Shown: in pieces, positions 1 through 7,992 of the stretch
Layout: each line of letters begins with the position of its first letter
How positions within the stretch are numbered: position 1 is the first letter of the stretch
IMG/VR virus record: IMGVR_UViG_3300008954_000002
Location: 1 to 64,000 of that record
Length of the DNA stretch: 64,000 nucleotides
Strand: one strand, 5' to 3'
DNA from: a virus
Notes under the pieces: model-generated
The model's input: only the letters and a program-made list of their open reading frames with translations
Databases searched by the model: none
Told to the model about the DNA's origin: nothing
Program-made: the position numbers and the translations under genes

Positions 1-15
1 TTTTATTTTAATGGC
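1..15 (+). promoter_or_regulatory. Class I repeated element TTTTATTTTAAT^GG (candidate early phage promoter), copy 1
   Basis: Same motif at 1221, 1458, 1805 and 4758; each copy is followed by a hairpin starting at the GG (here GGCTA-GTAG-TAGCC, 13-26). Confidence 0.6.
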
Positions 16-560
16 TAGTAGTAGCCAGTGTGCACCCGTTACCTGGGACAAAGGCGTAAGCCGGTATAGGGACGGTGTTGTAGGGTTTAAAGACCCAGTC
101 CTATGTAGACGATCTATAGGGAAGAGAGTAATTGCCTCGACCTTGTAGAGCATTACCCTATTGGGTAACTAGTCTACATGAAGCTGAATAAGCTGAAGTT
201 GCACAGTAAGTAAGGCGGTGAGATTCACACACCTACTTACCTCTTACTGTGGTATTGGGTTGCTATTAAGTAGCCCCGCATCCCTGCGTAAAGGGGTGCT
301 TGCCGATGAGCGCGGTGCCAAGGGAATGTCGTGAGACACCCCAAGAGCACCTTGAGCAGACCCTATCATGTCGTGAGACACATAGCGTATGCAAAACGAA
401 TCGGTTCGGGTTGCGTGCTGAACCTAGAGGGACTGTCAGGAACCCTCATGTAGCTCTCTTAGGAGAGTGTCATGAGTCTCCAATTACCCCTGACGGACCT
501 AATCAGCACACCCTTGCATCTACAATCCTGTAGGTGCAGCAACAACGCCCTTCGGGGCAC
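13..560 (+). ncRNA. Candidate structured ncRNA or long structured leader
   Basis: No credible ORF; many hairpins (GGC-GTAA-GCC, TGTC-GTGA-GACA twice, CACAGTAAG..CTTACTGTG, GCATCCCT..AGGGGTGC, TGCATCTACA..TGTAGGTGCA, GCCC-TTCG-GGGC). Confidence 0.5.
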
Positions 561-572
561 AAGGAGGGACTT

Positions 573-1160
573 ATGTCCTATCTCGCAACTGCTGCTGCCG
601 CTAGTGCGGTAGCACAGGTGTCATTCCTCGCTACCATCCCCTTGGTGGTGGCGCTTTTCCTCCTGGCCATCATTGTGCTGGCCACGGAGGACATTCAGAC
701 CTTCCGGGACTTGTCCCGGGAGGAGCTCATTCTGGGCTGGGAGGCCCAGAATGAGATGAGGGAGGCGCTAGCGTCCCTCATCAGGGAGTGCGAGGAGAGC
801 AATCTTCTCGACGCTCCCCATTGGCAAGAGGAGGAGGAGGTCATTGAGATCTCCTCTAGCCAGGAGCAGTATCGGCTGCTCCTGGAGGACCTCCTTACGG
901 AGGTCGAGATCCAAGATCGTCGCTTGACGGTCTTGGAAGATGAGGTCAGGGTCTTGGAGGCCCTAGTCATTGAGACGAGAGAGCGTAATGCTTCTCTCTC
1001 CACCCTGGTTGGGATGCAGGTGCATCCTGGCCAGGGTGGAAAGGCCATCAATTTGATGGCCAGCTACCTCGATGTAGGGGGCATCGGGGGCGTGAGGGGC
1101 CGCACCAAGGGTGTGGTCCTCCAGGAGATCAGGGAAGCATTGGCTTCCCTGATCTCATAG
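573..1160 (+). CDS. Hypothetical protein with N-terminal TM helix and acidic coiled coil
   Basis: AAGGAGG RBS before ATG 573 (in frame with ORF 534..1160). Confidence 0.7.
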   Translation: MSYLATAAAASAVAQVSFLATIPLVVALFLLAIIVLATEDIQTFRDLSREELILGWEAQNEMREALASLIRECEESNLLDAPHWQEEEEVIEISSSQEQYRLLLEDLLTEVEIQDRRLTVLEDEVRVLEALVIETRERNASLSTLVGMQVHPGQGGKAINLMASYLDVGGIGGVRGRTKGVVLQEIREALASLIS

Positions 1161-1165
1161 CGGTG

Positions 1166-1224
1166 GGGGAGTCCGGTCTACCTTCGGGTAGGCTGGGCTT
1201 CCCCTTGGGGGGATAAGTCTTTTT
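1166..1224 (+). terminator. Intrinsic terminator with UUCG loop
   Basis: GGGGAGTCCGGTCTACC-TTCG-GGTAGGCTGGGCTTCCCC, then a T-tract. Confidence 0.7.
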
Positions 1225-1235
1225 ATTTCAATGGC
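1221..1235 (+). promoter_or_regulatory. Class I element, copy 2 (TTTTATTTCAATGGC)
   Basis: Motif followed by hairpin 1233-1258. Confidence 0.6.
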
Positions 1236-1282
1236 TTATACGTATGAGGCGTATAACCAATCAACTCATCAAAGGAGCTGAG

Positions 1283-1414
1283 ATGAGTGAGCTGATGCAG
1301 ACAACAATCTTGATAGCTGGAGTCCTAGCCTTGGGGCTGGGAGGCTACCTTGTTCTTCCTAAGGGAGAAGAGGTAGATGAGGTCTGGGACTTCATCAAGG
1401 GATTGTTCAAGTAG
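1283..1414 (+). CDS. 43-aa small membrane protein (MSELMQTTILIAGVLALGLGGYLVLPKGEEVDEVWDFIKGLFK)
   Basis: AAAGGAG RBS, one hydrophobic helix, lies between a class I element and a terminator; below the ORF-track size cutoff. Confidence 0.7.
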   Translation: MSELMQTTILIAGVLALGLGGYLVLPKGEEVDEVWDFIKGLFK

Positions 1415-1420
1415 AGGATA

Positions 1421-1461
1421 ATGGGGCGGGTCTCTTCGGAGGCTCGTCCCATACTTCTTTT
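1421..1461 (+). terminator. Intrinsic terminator with UUCG loop
   Basis: GGGGCGGGTCTC-TTCG-GAGGCTCGTCCC plus T-tract. Confidence 0.7.
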
Positions 1462-1472
1462 ATTTTAATGGC
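1458..1472 (+). promoter_or_regulatory. Class I element, copy 3
   Basis: TTTTATTTTAATGGC followed by GGC-AATAAC-GCC. Confidence 0.6.
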
Positions 1473-1498
1473 AATAACGCCACACAATAGGAGATGCC

Positions 1499-1762
1499 AT
1501 GAAAGCTAGACTTCGTGGTAGCTGCAAGCTCTGTGGTCGCCTGTATAAGGCAGGCACAGAGATCGTGCGCTATGGGTCTGTCAGGCCCTGGGTGCACGAA
1601 AAGTGTGCAGCATCTCGGGAAGTGGTCCCCGAGAATAAAGAAGTGACCATGACCACCTCCCACGGTGAGTGTCCTGGAGAGTTCACTCTATGTACCTGTT
1701 GCGGAGGCTTCTGTCAGGGTTGTGATGACCCTGAGTGGAAGTCCCGCTCAAGAGGTAGGTGA
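1499..1762 (+). CDS. Small Cys-rich (Zn-binding) protein
   Basis: CxxC..HxxC and further Cys clusters; AGGAG RBS. Confidence 0.65.
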   Translation: MKARLRGSCKLCGRLYKAGTEIVRYGSVRPWVHEKCAASREVVPENKEVTMTTSHGECPGEFTLCTCCGGFCQGCDDPEWKSRSRGR

Positions 1763-1767
1763 ATCAG

Positions 1768-1808
1768 AGGGGTGGTGGGTCTTCGGGCCTGCCACCCCTA
1801 GCCTTTTT
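1768..1808 (+). terminator. Intrinsic terminator with UUCG loop
   Basis: AGGGGTGGTGGGTC-TTCG-GGCCTGCCACCCCT plus T-tract. Confidence 0.7.
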
Positions 1809-1819
1809 ATTTTAATGGT
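1805..1819 (+). promoter_or_regulatory. Class I element, copy 4 (upstream of the RNA polymerase gene)
   Basis: TTTTATTTTAATGGT followed by hairpin GGTCAT..ATGACC (1817-1835). Confidence 0.6.
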
Positions 1820-1896
1820 CATTGGTGTGATGACCACCCCGTGTGTGAGTGCACGACACTCATGGGTTTCTAATAGTGCAACAACAAGGAGAAGTT

Positions 1897-4707
1897 ATGC
1901 ATAATAGCATGACACCACGCGAGCAGCGGAAGATCTCTGCGGCTGCGACACGACTCGTTAATCGAGTTGCATCGTACGTCACGGCGTTCGTGATGCACGT
2001 TCGTGTTAGAGAGAGAGGAGGTGCGGACTTTCCACATCTTCGCTATGAGAGAGCTGTCACCATGGCTGGGTTGCTGACCCGGTCTGTGGAGACAGGTTCT
2101 CCCGTTGTCATCCACCTGAGGGATCAGGTGAACGCAGATGATGATGACCGTGGAACGGAAGTTCCCCGTGAAGTGATCTTGGCCTTGCGTAAGCAGGGTT
2201 GGGTGAGCATTGCGGGGAAGCACTTGATTCCTAGACAACTTCTTAGGAAGTTGTCTAGGATCTTCCCTCGGGCAGTGGATGCCCTGGCATACCTCGGAGG
2301 ACTGTGTGGTCCTCTGTGGGCTGGAACCTTCATTCGTAACTGTAATGTTACGGTACGGACTATCCGTACGAAGGGAAAGCAGAAGGCTGGGTCGGATGGA
2401 GCCGGAAGGCTCCATCCGAAGCATCCACTGTACAGCATGCTGGACATTGTTCCAGCATCTGCCTGTGCAATTCAGATTCGTGCAATGAATCTGGAGACAG
2501 GTATCTTCATCAAGGGCATTCTCGTTCCTGACGAGAGGTGTCTGGATGAAGACGGCAACCCTGACATCTGGGTCGATTGGCTTCAGATCAAGGGGCGCTG
2601 GAAGGCTGCAGCAAAGACCAAAGCAAAGGCTTCAGACGATCCCATGTCTACACTTGTAGTAGATCTTGGGGTTACCGGAGTCTTTGATCGGCCTGTGCCG
2701 TATTCTTGGAACTATGAGATCCTTGGATGGATCAATAGGACCGAGGAGACGTGCAGGATCATCGATAGCTTCATCCACGAGGCTATCGACCGATACATCA
2801 AGAACGATGGAGACATTGGTTTCTTTCGTCAGATGGCTGAGGAGGACGAGCACCTGAGCTTTATGGCAAAGGCGCTTGAACTCCTAGGGTTGAGTCCTAA
2901 GGCGGTTCCCGAGATCCGTCAGCAGTTGGACCAGAGGGTCAGTTCGTTTCGGTATCTCTGTGTACAGGGAGCCGGGCGGAAGAGTCCTGCTCTTGTGTCG
3001 GTAATTGACAACGGGATTCCCGATGGTCATGCCGTCATGAGGCCACTGAAGATAGACGGAGAGTGGAAATACCTGCCAGGTGACGAAGTCGCCATCACCA
3101 GGTATCCGCTGGTCCTGCCTCAGGCCCTTCGGACTGTGAAGATCATTGATCCTGCCCAATGTGGTTTGGGTCATATTCTGATCGGTGACCATCGCGGAGA
3201 GAAAGCAGTTCCTGCTGGAGCTGTCTATCTCTCCGAAGTCGATCTGGTGGAGGGTCTGATGGGCGATGACGATGGAGACATGGTCATTGTCGATTGGGAT
3301 CCTCGGACTGTGGAGCTGTTCAAGAACAGACTCACATTCCCTGGGTTCAGCAAGAACCATCGGTTCTTGATTGAGCCTGAGGAAGCCGAGGGCTTCGCTA
3401 AGTCATCAGCCAAAACGGATACCGACGAAGGGTTGGATATTCTGTCACAAGACGGTAGAGGCCCTGTAGGGCTTGCTACTGTGTGGCAGTTCTCCTTCCT
3501 GAAGCTCGGGAAGCCGTTCCATGCATTGGCTACCGGTGTACTCGTTCAAGAGTTCATCGATATGGCCAAGCGGGTTGTTCAGTACACAGATCCCAGATGG
3601 GCAATTGAGCCGAAGAAGTGGCTCAAGAACCCTAACGGATCTGTTCAACTCACTGACGGGTGCAAGTTTGCATCTGATTCAGTATGGGTTGGTGAGCATG
3701 GTCTTATTGACATGGACATGCTCAGCTCCTGGGTTAAAGAGCAGATGGCTTGGGCCAAATCGGCAGACCTGCTGCCCTGGCGCAGTAGCAACGGTAGGAT
3801 TCCGTTGTCACAGTGTGAAGACCTGTTGAAGCGTTTTGACGGAGACGTCGAGAATGCAACGACGTTGGTTGAGCATTGTGCCATCAGGGCCTCTGAGTTG
3901 CTGCTCAGGGTAGATGCAATCAGCGAGTCGGAGGAGACAGTAGAACTCCCCGATCTGCTTCTGAAGCTCGTAGAAAGGAGGCTTGGAGTCAAGATGGACA
4001 TTCGTCCATTGGGACTTACATCCCCCGAGTACACAGAGTTGAGGAAGCAGTCTGGACTGCATGATTATGGTGCACAGCTGCATCGGATTTGTAAGCCTGG
4101 CTTGCATACCCGTGAAGAGCGCAACACCATGATTGAAGCAGAGAAGGCTCTGCTGCTGGAACAGTTGAAAGGACTAGCCGACCCTACTAGCGCAAGCTAT
4201 GAGGGAGAGCTAGCCACCAAGCTGCTCCTCATCTGGGTGACGGAGACGTCACAGGTCGGAAACAAGCACTATAGATCTCACCTCAACAGGGCATTCCGTG
4301 CCGTGTTGTGGGAAGGGTCTCCAATCTTGGCAATTGTCGATCCCGACGGGAAAGGCATCGCTGAGAGCGGGTGCTCGTTCATGACGCCAGAGCGACTGAG
4401 GGCTACGTCTCAGTATCTGAAGAACTTTGCTACCACACAGCATGGGCGCGAAGAGATGCTGAGCTTGGTCCCGAATGCGAAGCCAAGTGTATTCTTGGCA
4501 ACGCAGGTTAGCCTGAGTCGTAGTGTGAAGCATGAGGATGAGATGGGAATTCCTCTCACCGATTGCCCACACTGTACGAAGGCAGTAGTCGGACAGGTCG
4601 TGTCCGAAGAGCGAAGAGATCGAAGCGGTGACTTCGACAAACATCTCGGTGCACTGGTCAAGAAGACCAATGTGACACTGGGATGGCCTGACTATACCAA
4701 GAAGTAG
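1897..4707 (+). CDS. Single-chain two-barrel RNA polymerase, cellular RdRP (QDE-1)/YonO-like
   Basis: Ordered family motifs SDGAG, AIQIR..IKGILV, GDEVAITRYP, catalytic GDDDGD (DxDGD) and FIDMAK; AAGGAG RBS before ATG 1897. Confidence 0.85.
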   Translation: MHNSMTPREQRKISAAATRLVNRVASYVTAFVMHVRVRERGGADFPHLRYERAVTMAGLLTRSVETGSPVVIHLRDQVNADDDDRGTEVPREVILALRKQGWVSIAGKHLIPRQLLRKLSRIFPRAVDALAYLGGLCGPLWAGTFIRNCNVTVRTIRTKGKQKAGSDGAGRLHPKHPLYSMLDIVPASACAIQIRAMNLETGIFIKGILVPDERCLDEDGNPDIWVDWLQIKGRWKAAAKTKAKASDDPMSTLVVDLGVTGVFDRPVPYSWNYEILGWINRTEETCRIIDSFIHEAIDRYIKNDGDIGFFRQMAEEDEHLSFMAKALELLGLSPKAVPEIRQQLDQRVSSFRYLCVQGAGRKSPALVSVIDNGIPDGHAVMRPLKIDGEWKYLPGDEVAITRYPLVLPQALRTVKIIDPAQCGLGHILIGDHRGEKAVPAGAVYLSEVDLVEGLMGDDDGDMVIVDWDPRTVELFKNRLTFPGFSKNHRFLIEPEEAEGFAKSSAKTDTDEGLDILSQDGRGPVGLATVWQFSFLKLGKPFHALATGVLVQEFIDMAKRVVQYTDPRWAIEPKKWLKNPNGSVQLTDGCKFASDSVWVGEHGLIDMDMLSSWVKEQMAWAKSADLLPWRSSNGRIPLSQCEDLLKRFDGDVENATTLVEHCAIRASELLLRVDAISESEETVELPDLLLKLVERRLGVKMDIRPLGLTSPEYTELRKQSGLHDYGAQLHRICKPGLHTREERNTMIEAEKALLLEQLKGLADPTSASYEGELATKLLLIWVTETSQVGNKHYRSHLNRAFRAVLWEGSPILAIVDPDGKGIAESGCSFMTPERLRATSQYLKNFATTQHGREEMLSLVPNAKPSVFLATQVSLSRSVKHEDEMGIPLTDCPHCTKAVVGQVVSEERRDRSGDFDKHLGALVKKTNVTLGWPDYTKK

Positions 4708-4725
4708 TCAGGTAACAGTATAGAC

Positions 4726-4761
4726 AGGGGAGGGGGCCTTCGGGCCCTCTCCCCTTCTTTT
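4726..4761 (+). terminator. Intrinsic terminator with UUCG loop
   Basis: AGGGGAGGGGGCC-TTCG-GGCCCTCTCCCCT plus T-tract. Confidence 0.75.
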
Positions 4762-4772
4762 GTTTTAGTGGC
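4758..4772 (+). promoter_or_regulatory. Class I element, copy 5 (TTTTGTTTTAGTGGC)
   Basis: Followed by hairpin GGCACTCA-TGG-TGAGTGTC (4770-4788). Confidence 0.55.
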
Positions 4773-4813
4773 ACTCATGGTGAGTGTCAATAACCAACCA
4801 AGGAGCGTGTGAG

Positions 4814-5203
4814 ATGAAGTCAATTAGTTTGACAATGGCCGAGCTGGGGGTGTGGATGCCCCCGAGTCTTCTGACTGAGGAAAGCAGGAGACAACAAGGA
4901 GCAATTGCTCCCAATGAAGCGTTTGCCTTTTGGGCAGATGTCTTCGGATGGGTCAATCCGGCCCAAGCGCGGCGGGCAAAGGAGCAGCGCCTTAGGAAGG
5001 TGTATGCCATGGCCTCAGCTCTCAGGAGAGACGAAACCCTCCACAAGCAGGTAGTTGTGATTGATCGCGGGTACTACATGGAGAACAAGGATGTGTGCTT
5101 TGCATTCTTCCGGGCTCTCCAGAAGCGTGTGGAAGAGAGAGGAATAAAGTGGGAGGTCGTGTGCTACGGGCCTCAGATGAGGCTCAAGGGCTTCCACTGG
5201 TAG
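4814..5203 (+). CDS. Hypothetical protein
   Basis: AAGGAG RBS before ATG 4814; terminator follows. Confidence 0.65.
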   Translation: MKSISLTMAELGVWMPPSLLTEESRRQQGAIAPNEAFAFWADVFGWVNPAQARRAKEQRLRKVYAMASALRRDETLHKQVVVIDRGYYMENKDVCFAFFRALQKRVEERGIKWEVVCYGPQMRLKGFHW

Positions 5204-5211
5204 AAGCAGAA

Positions 5212-5249
5212 AGGGGAGAGGGTCTTCGGACCCTCTCCCTGACCTTTTT
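5212..5249 (+). terminator. Intrinsic terminator with UUCG loop
   Basis: AGGGGAGAGGGTC-TTCG-GACCCTCTCCCT plus T-tract. Confidence 0.75.
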
Positions 5250-5368
5250 ATTTACTCCGTTCCCATCTCAAGGACAACAGCTAACGACTCCGTGAGGACA
5301 ATAAATAAATAATCCCTCCTCACGTCGGGCTTATGTCAGGGTGTCAACTCGTACAAAGGAGAACTGTT

Positions 5369-5413
5369 ATGCCTATCTCATTGGCAGAAGCAGTTGGCTT
5401 TCGTATTGAGTAA
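5369..5413 (+). CDS. 14-aa micro-ORF MPISLAEAVGFRIE
   Basis: Strong AAAGGAG RBS; lies downstream of an imperfect class II hairpin element at 5314-5339. Confidence 0.4.
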   Translation: MPISLAEAVGFRIE

Positions 5414-6409
5414 TTAGTTTTGCACTCGTAACGCCCCTAACGGGGAGGTGCATAGTCAAAGGGCCTGCGACGATAAACAAGGACCCTGCGGGCTTACAAA
5501 GCTGGTTCCCGGCAGTGAGATGAGCAGTAAGTTATAACCCACGGGCTCTGGAGAGTATTCAGTATGTCTATCTTGAATGAATGCTTTACTATACATATGG
5601 ACAGGTAGAGCGGTGTTGAGTCACCATCGTAAAGATCATAGTGCACTATGGTTAGTGGCTCGTTTTCCTATAGAGAGGAAGAAATGGGCGGAGCTCACAG
5701 GGGTATAGACTACTCCGTTAGTATCCTACCTAGGATCCTTAGGTTCTATTTAGATCCTCAATTCTTACCTACAATTGGGTAGGTAGATCTCTACTATCAA
5801 GCATTAGTTCTATTTATGTAGGTAGCGTTCAATACGCGTCTACGTGCGTACACACTTAGGGTGTGTACTCGATTACGAGCTAAAAACAGATATGTAAGCA
5901 CCGTTTATAAAACGTCAAGGGGTCTATTCAAATTAAATACATATTTCTTTTGTATAGGTGTTTATCCAGTACAGGTAAGAGTGGGCCGGGGTCTGTCAGG
6001 GATCAACTCTTTGAGTCCTATTAGATCCTTCGATCCTATCCAGGGTATATCCTATCAACACTCTTTGTTTCTATCTAGTACTCTTACAGTGAGAGTCTTC
6101 TGGGGGAAGCCTCCTGTGGGCGTACTAATCCTTTCAAGGGAATGATTGGGCCGTGCTCGTTGCACACACTGGGCAGGCCCTATAGAGAACTGGATAAGGT
6201 CGCTGACGCTCCCTACCAATAGGGTCCCGTAAGGGGCCCAATCAATACTCTTCAAGTCTGGGACCCACACTCCCATTCTCGATGTGGGTCCCTATGCAGG
6301 ATCCTGATAGTGACTATTGAACACCTGGGAGAACCATTCTATTCCCCTTTATTGGAAAATAGTTCAGAAAGATCTATTCCGCGCTGAAAATACCAACCAA
6401 GGAGTACTC

Positions 6410-6649
6410 ATGCTTGTAGCTTTCGAAATACTGATCTACGGAGCTAAGGTTCCCGTATATATCAACCCCAACCATGTAGTCATGTTGAGAGAAGATGAAT
6501 CACCCAACGAGACACGCATGATCCTGTCCAGTGTCAACAGCTGTGTTGTTGCTGGAACCCTCCAAGAAGTAGCACAAGCCCTTCAAGGAAAGACACCACC
6601 CTCCCTGTCAGAAGCAATGCTTGCACATGACATCAACTCACTAACTTAG
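6410..6649 (+). CDS. Small protein with an FlbD-like pattern (YINPNHV...VAGTLQEV)
   Basis: AAGGAG RBS at ATG 6410; motif resemblance only. Confidence 0.55.
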   Translation: MLVAFEILIYGAKVPVYINPNHVVMLREDESPNETRMILSSVNSCVVAGTLQEVAQALQGKTPPSLSEAMLAHDINSLT

Positions 6650-6657
6650 GAGACTAT

Positions 6658-6972
6658 ATGTCCCTGGTAAACAAAGTAAGAGAAGCTCTTGAAGCTCTCG
6701 TAGAGATCGGCAGTACTACTACTGATCACCTAGAAGAATGGCTCCGTATCCGTACAGAAGCTGGAGACACATTCCACGCAACAAGTTTGCGTCATGATGC
6801 AGCACTTACAACCCGCAACATTGAATCAGTAAGAGAAAGACTTGAGTATCTTACCTCTATTGGATCTGTCCCTGAACAAGTACAGATGGCGCTGACCATT
6901 CAGGAATTGTTCCCCAGTGGAGAAGCACTCCTCTCTGACCTTGTGTCATCTTCTTTAAATCCAGGTATTTAG
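6658..6972 (+). CDS. Hypothetical protein
   Basis: AGGAG RBS. Confidence 0.65.
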   Translation: MSLVNKVREALEALVEIGSTTTDHLEEWLRIRTEAGDTFHATSLRHDAALTTRNIESVRERLEYLTSIGSVPEQVQMALTIQELFPSGEALLSDLVSSSLNPGI

Positions 6973-7005
6973 GGGCATAATATATATAGCCAAAAGGAGG
7001 TTGCT

Positions 7006-7416
7006 ATGAATCTGACAGAAGCGAAGAAGCTACTCTCGAGTACAGTCCGGGGAGAGCTCCGCGATCATGCCTTCGGTGACCGAGAGGTCACCTGGTTCGT
7101 CGTCAAGGACGGCCTTATTGTGGCGCAAGCTGCAGAGGGCTACTTCGGCGGAGGCTCCAGTGGGGTGAGTGTCTACACGACGCCCATCCCGTTCGAGGAG
7201 CCGTGGGACTTCGAGACGGGAAGCGGGTACCTGGCGGAGGTGGACGACGAGGCCTACGCCGCTGCCGAGTTCGACGGTCGTGATGCTCGCGAGCTGCTGA
7301 CGTGCGGATCGTTGCGTGTCGGGCGCAACGATGAGACGGGTCCGGACACCTACCGGGACGGGGCGTGCATGCCAGGACTGACTCTCGAGGGAGTCAGGAA
7401 AGAGTTGTGCGGCTAA
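7006..7416 (+). CDS. Hypothetical protein, markedly GC-rich
   Basis: AAGGAGG RBS; third codon positions strongly G/C. Confidence 0.65.
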   Translation: MNLTEAKKLLSSTVRGELRDHAFGDREVTWFVVKDGLIVAQAAEGYFGGGSSGVSVYTTPIPFEEPWDFETGSGYLAEVDDEAYAAAEFDGRDARELLTCGSLRVGRNDETGPDTYRDGACMPGLTLEGVRKELCG

Positions 7417-7620
7417 GAGCTCTGCGCAAGCGGTAGGTCCAGAAGCAATCTCAAGAGCATACAGCAAAGACCAAAAGCGTATGCTCTGTGTCGCCCTAGG
7501 AATGGAACAGATGGAGTCTGAAGACGAGTACTGAGAACAATAAAAGAACCCTACTCCGGTGGGGTATCTTTTATTTTACTTAACTTCAGTATCTCATAAA
7601 TAAATAGCTCATAAATAATA

Positions 7621-7645
7621 ACTCCTTACGGAGTTTACTAGGTAG
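7621..7645 (+). promoter_or_regulatory. Class II hairpin element (ACTCC-TTAC-GGAGT ... TAG)
   Basis: One of ~13 copies; A-rich tract upstream, RBS and ATG 7666 downstream. Confidence 0.6.
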
Positions 7646-7665
7646 CCTTCACAAAAGGAAACAAT

Positions 7666-7848
7666 ATGAATGAGCTACCAAAGTGGATGGATCCTGATTA
7701 TGAACCGTTGGATGACCCAGCAGTTCGTGGATTTGATGGATTCTTCGATCCACCAGTATATGCTATAGGCAGGATACTGTTGATAACCGTAAGTGTAGGA
7801 GCAGCTATGACTGTTACCACACTCCTTGCACAACTCCTACCAGGATAA
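7666..7848 (+). CDS. Small protein with C-terminal TM helix
   Basis: AAGGA RBS; hydrophobic C-terminus. Confidence 0.6.
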   Translation: MNELPKWMDPDYEPLDDPAVRGFDGFFDPPVYAIGRILLITVSVGAAMTVTTLLAQLLPG

Positions 7849-7964
7849 GATAATGGGACTCTTCCATGGAATGCCACCAATACTCTTCCTTCTGTTTTGT
7901 ATTGGATATGTATACTTCAACTCAAATACCGGGGAATAGCCCAAGCATTCTGCTAGCACAAACA

Positions 7965-7992
7965 AGTGGGCTTACGCCCACTAACCGTACAG
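7965..7992 (+). promoter_or_regulatory. Class II hairpin element (AGTGGGC-TTAC-GCCCACT ... CAG)
   Basis: Perfect 7-bp stem; CAG at +15 to +17 from the loop. Confidence 0.6.

Noticed and set aside
300-533. 77-aa ORF
   Set aside because: TTG start without RBS, lies in a hairpin-dense region; better explained as structured RNA
1870-4670. Multiple minus-strand ORFs over the polymerase gene (and similar shadows elsewhere)
   Set aside because: Antisense shadows of a long, motif-bearing + strand gene; no RBS or recognisable motifs
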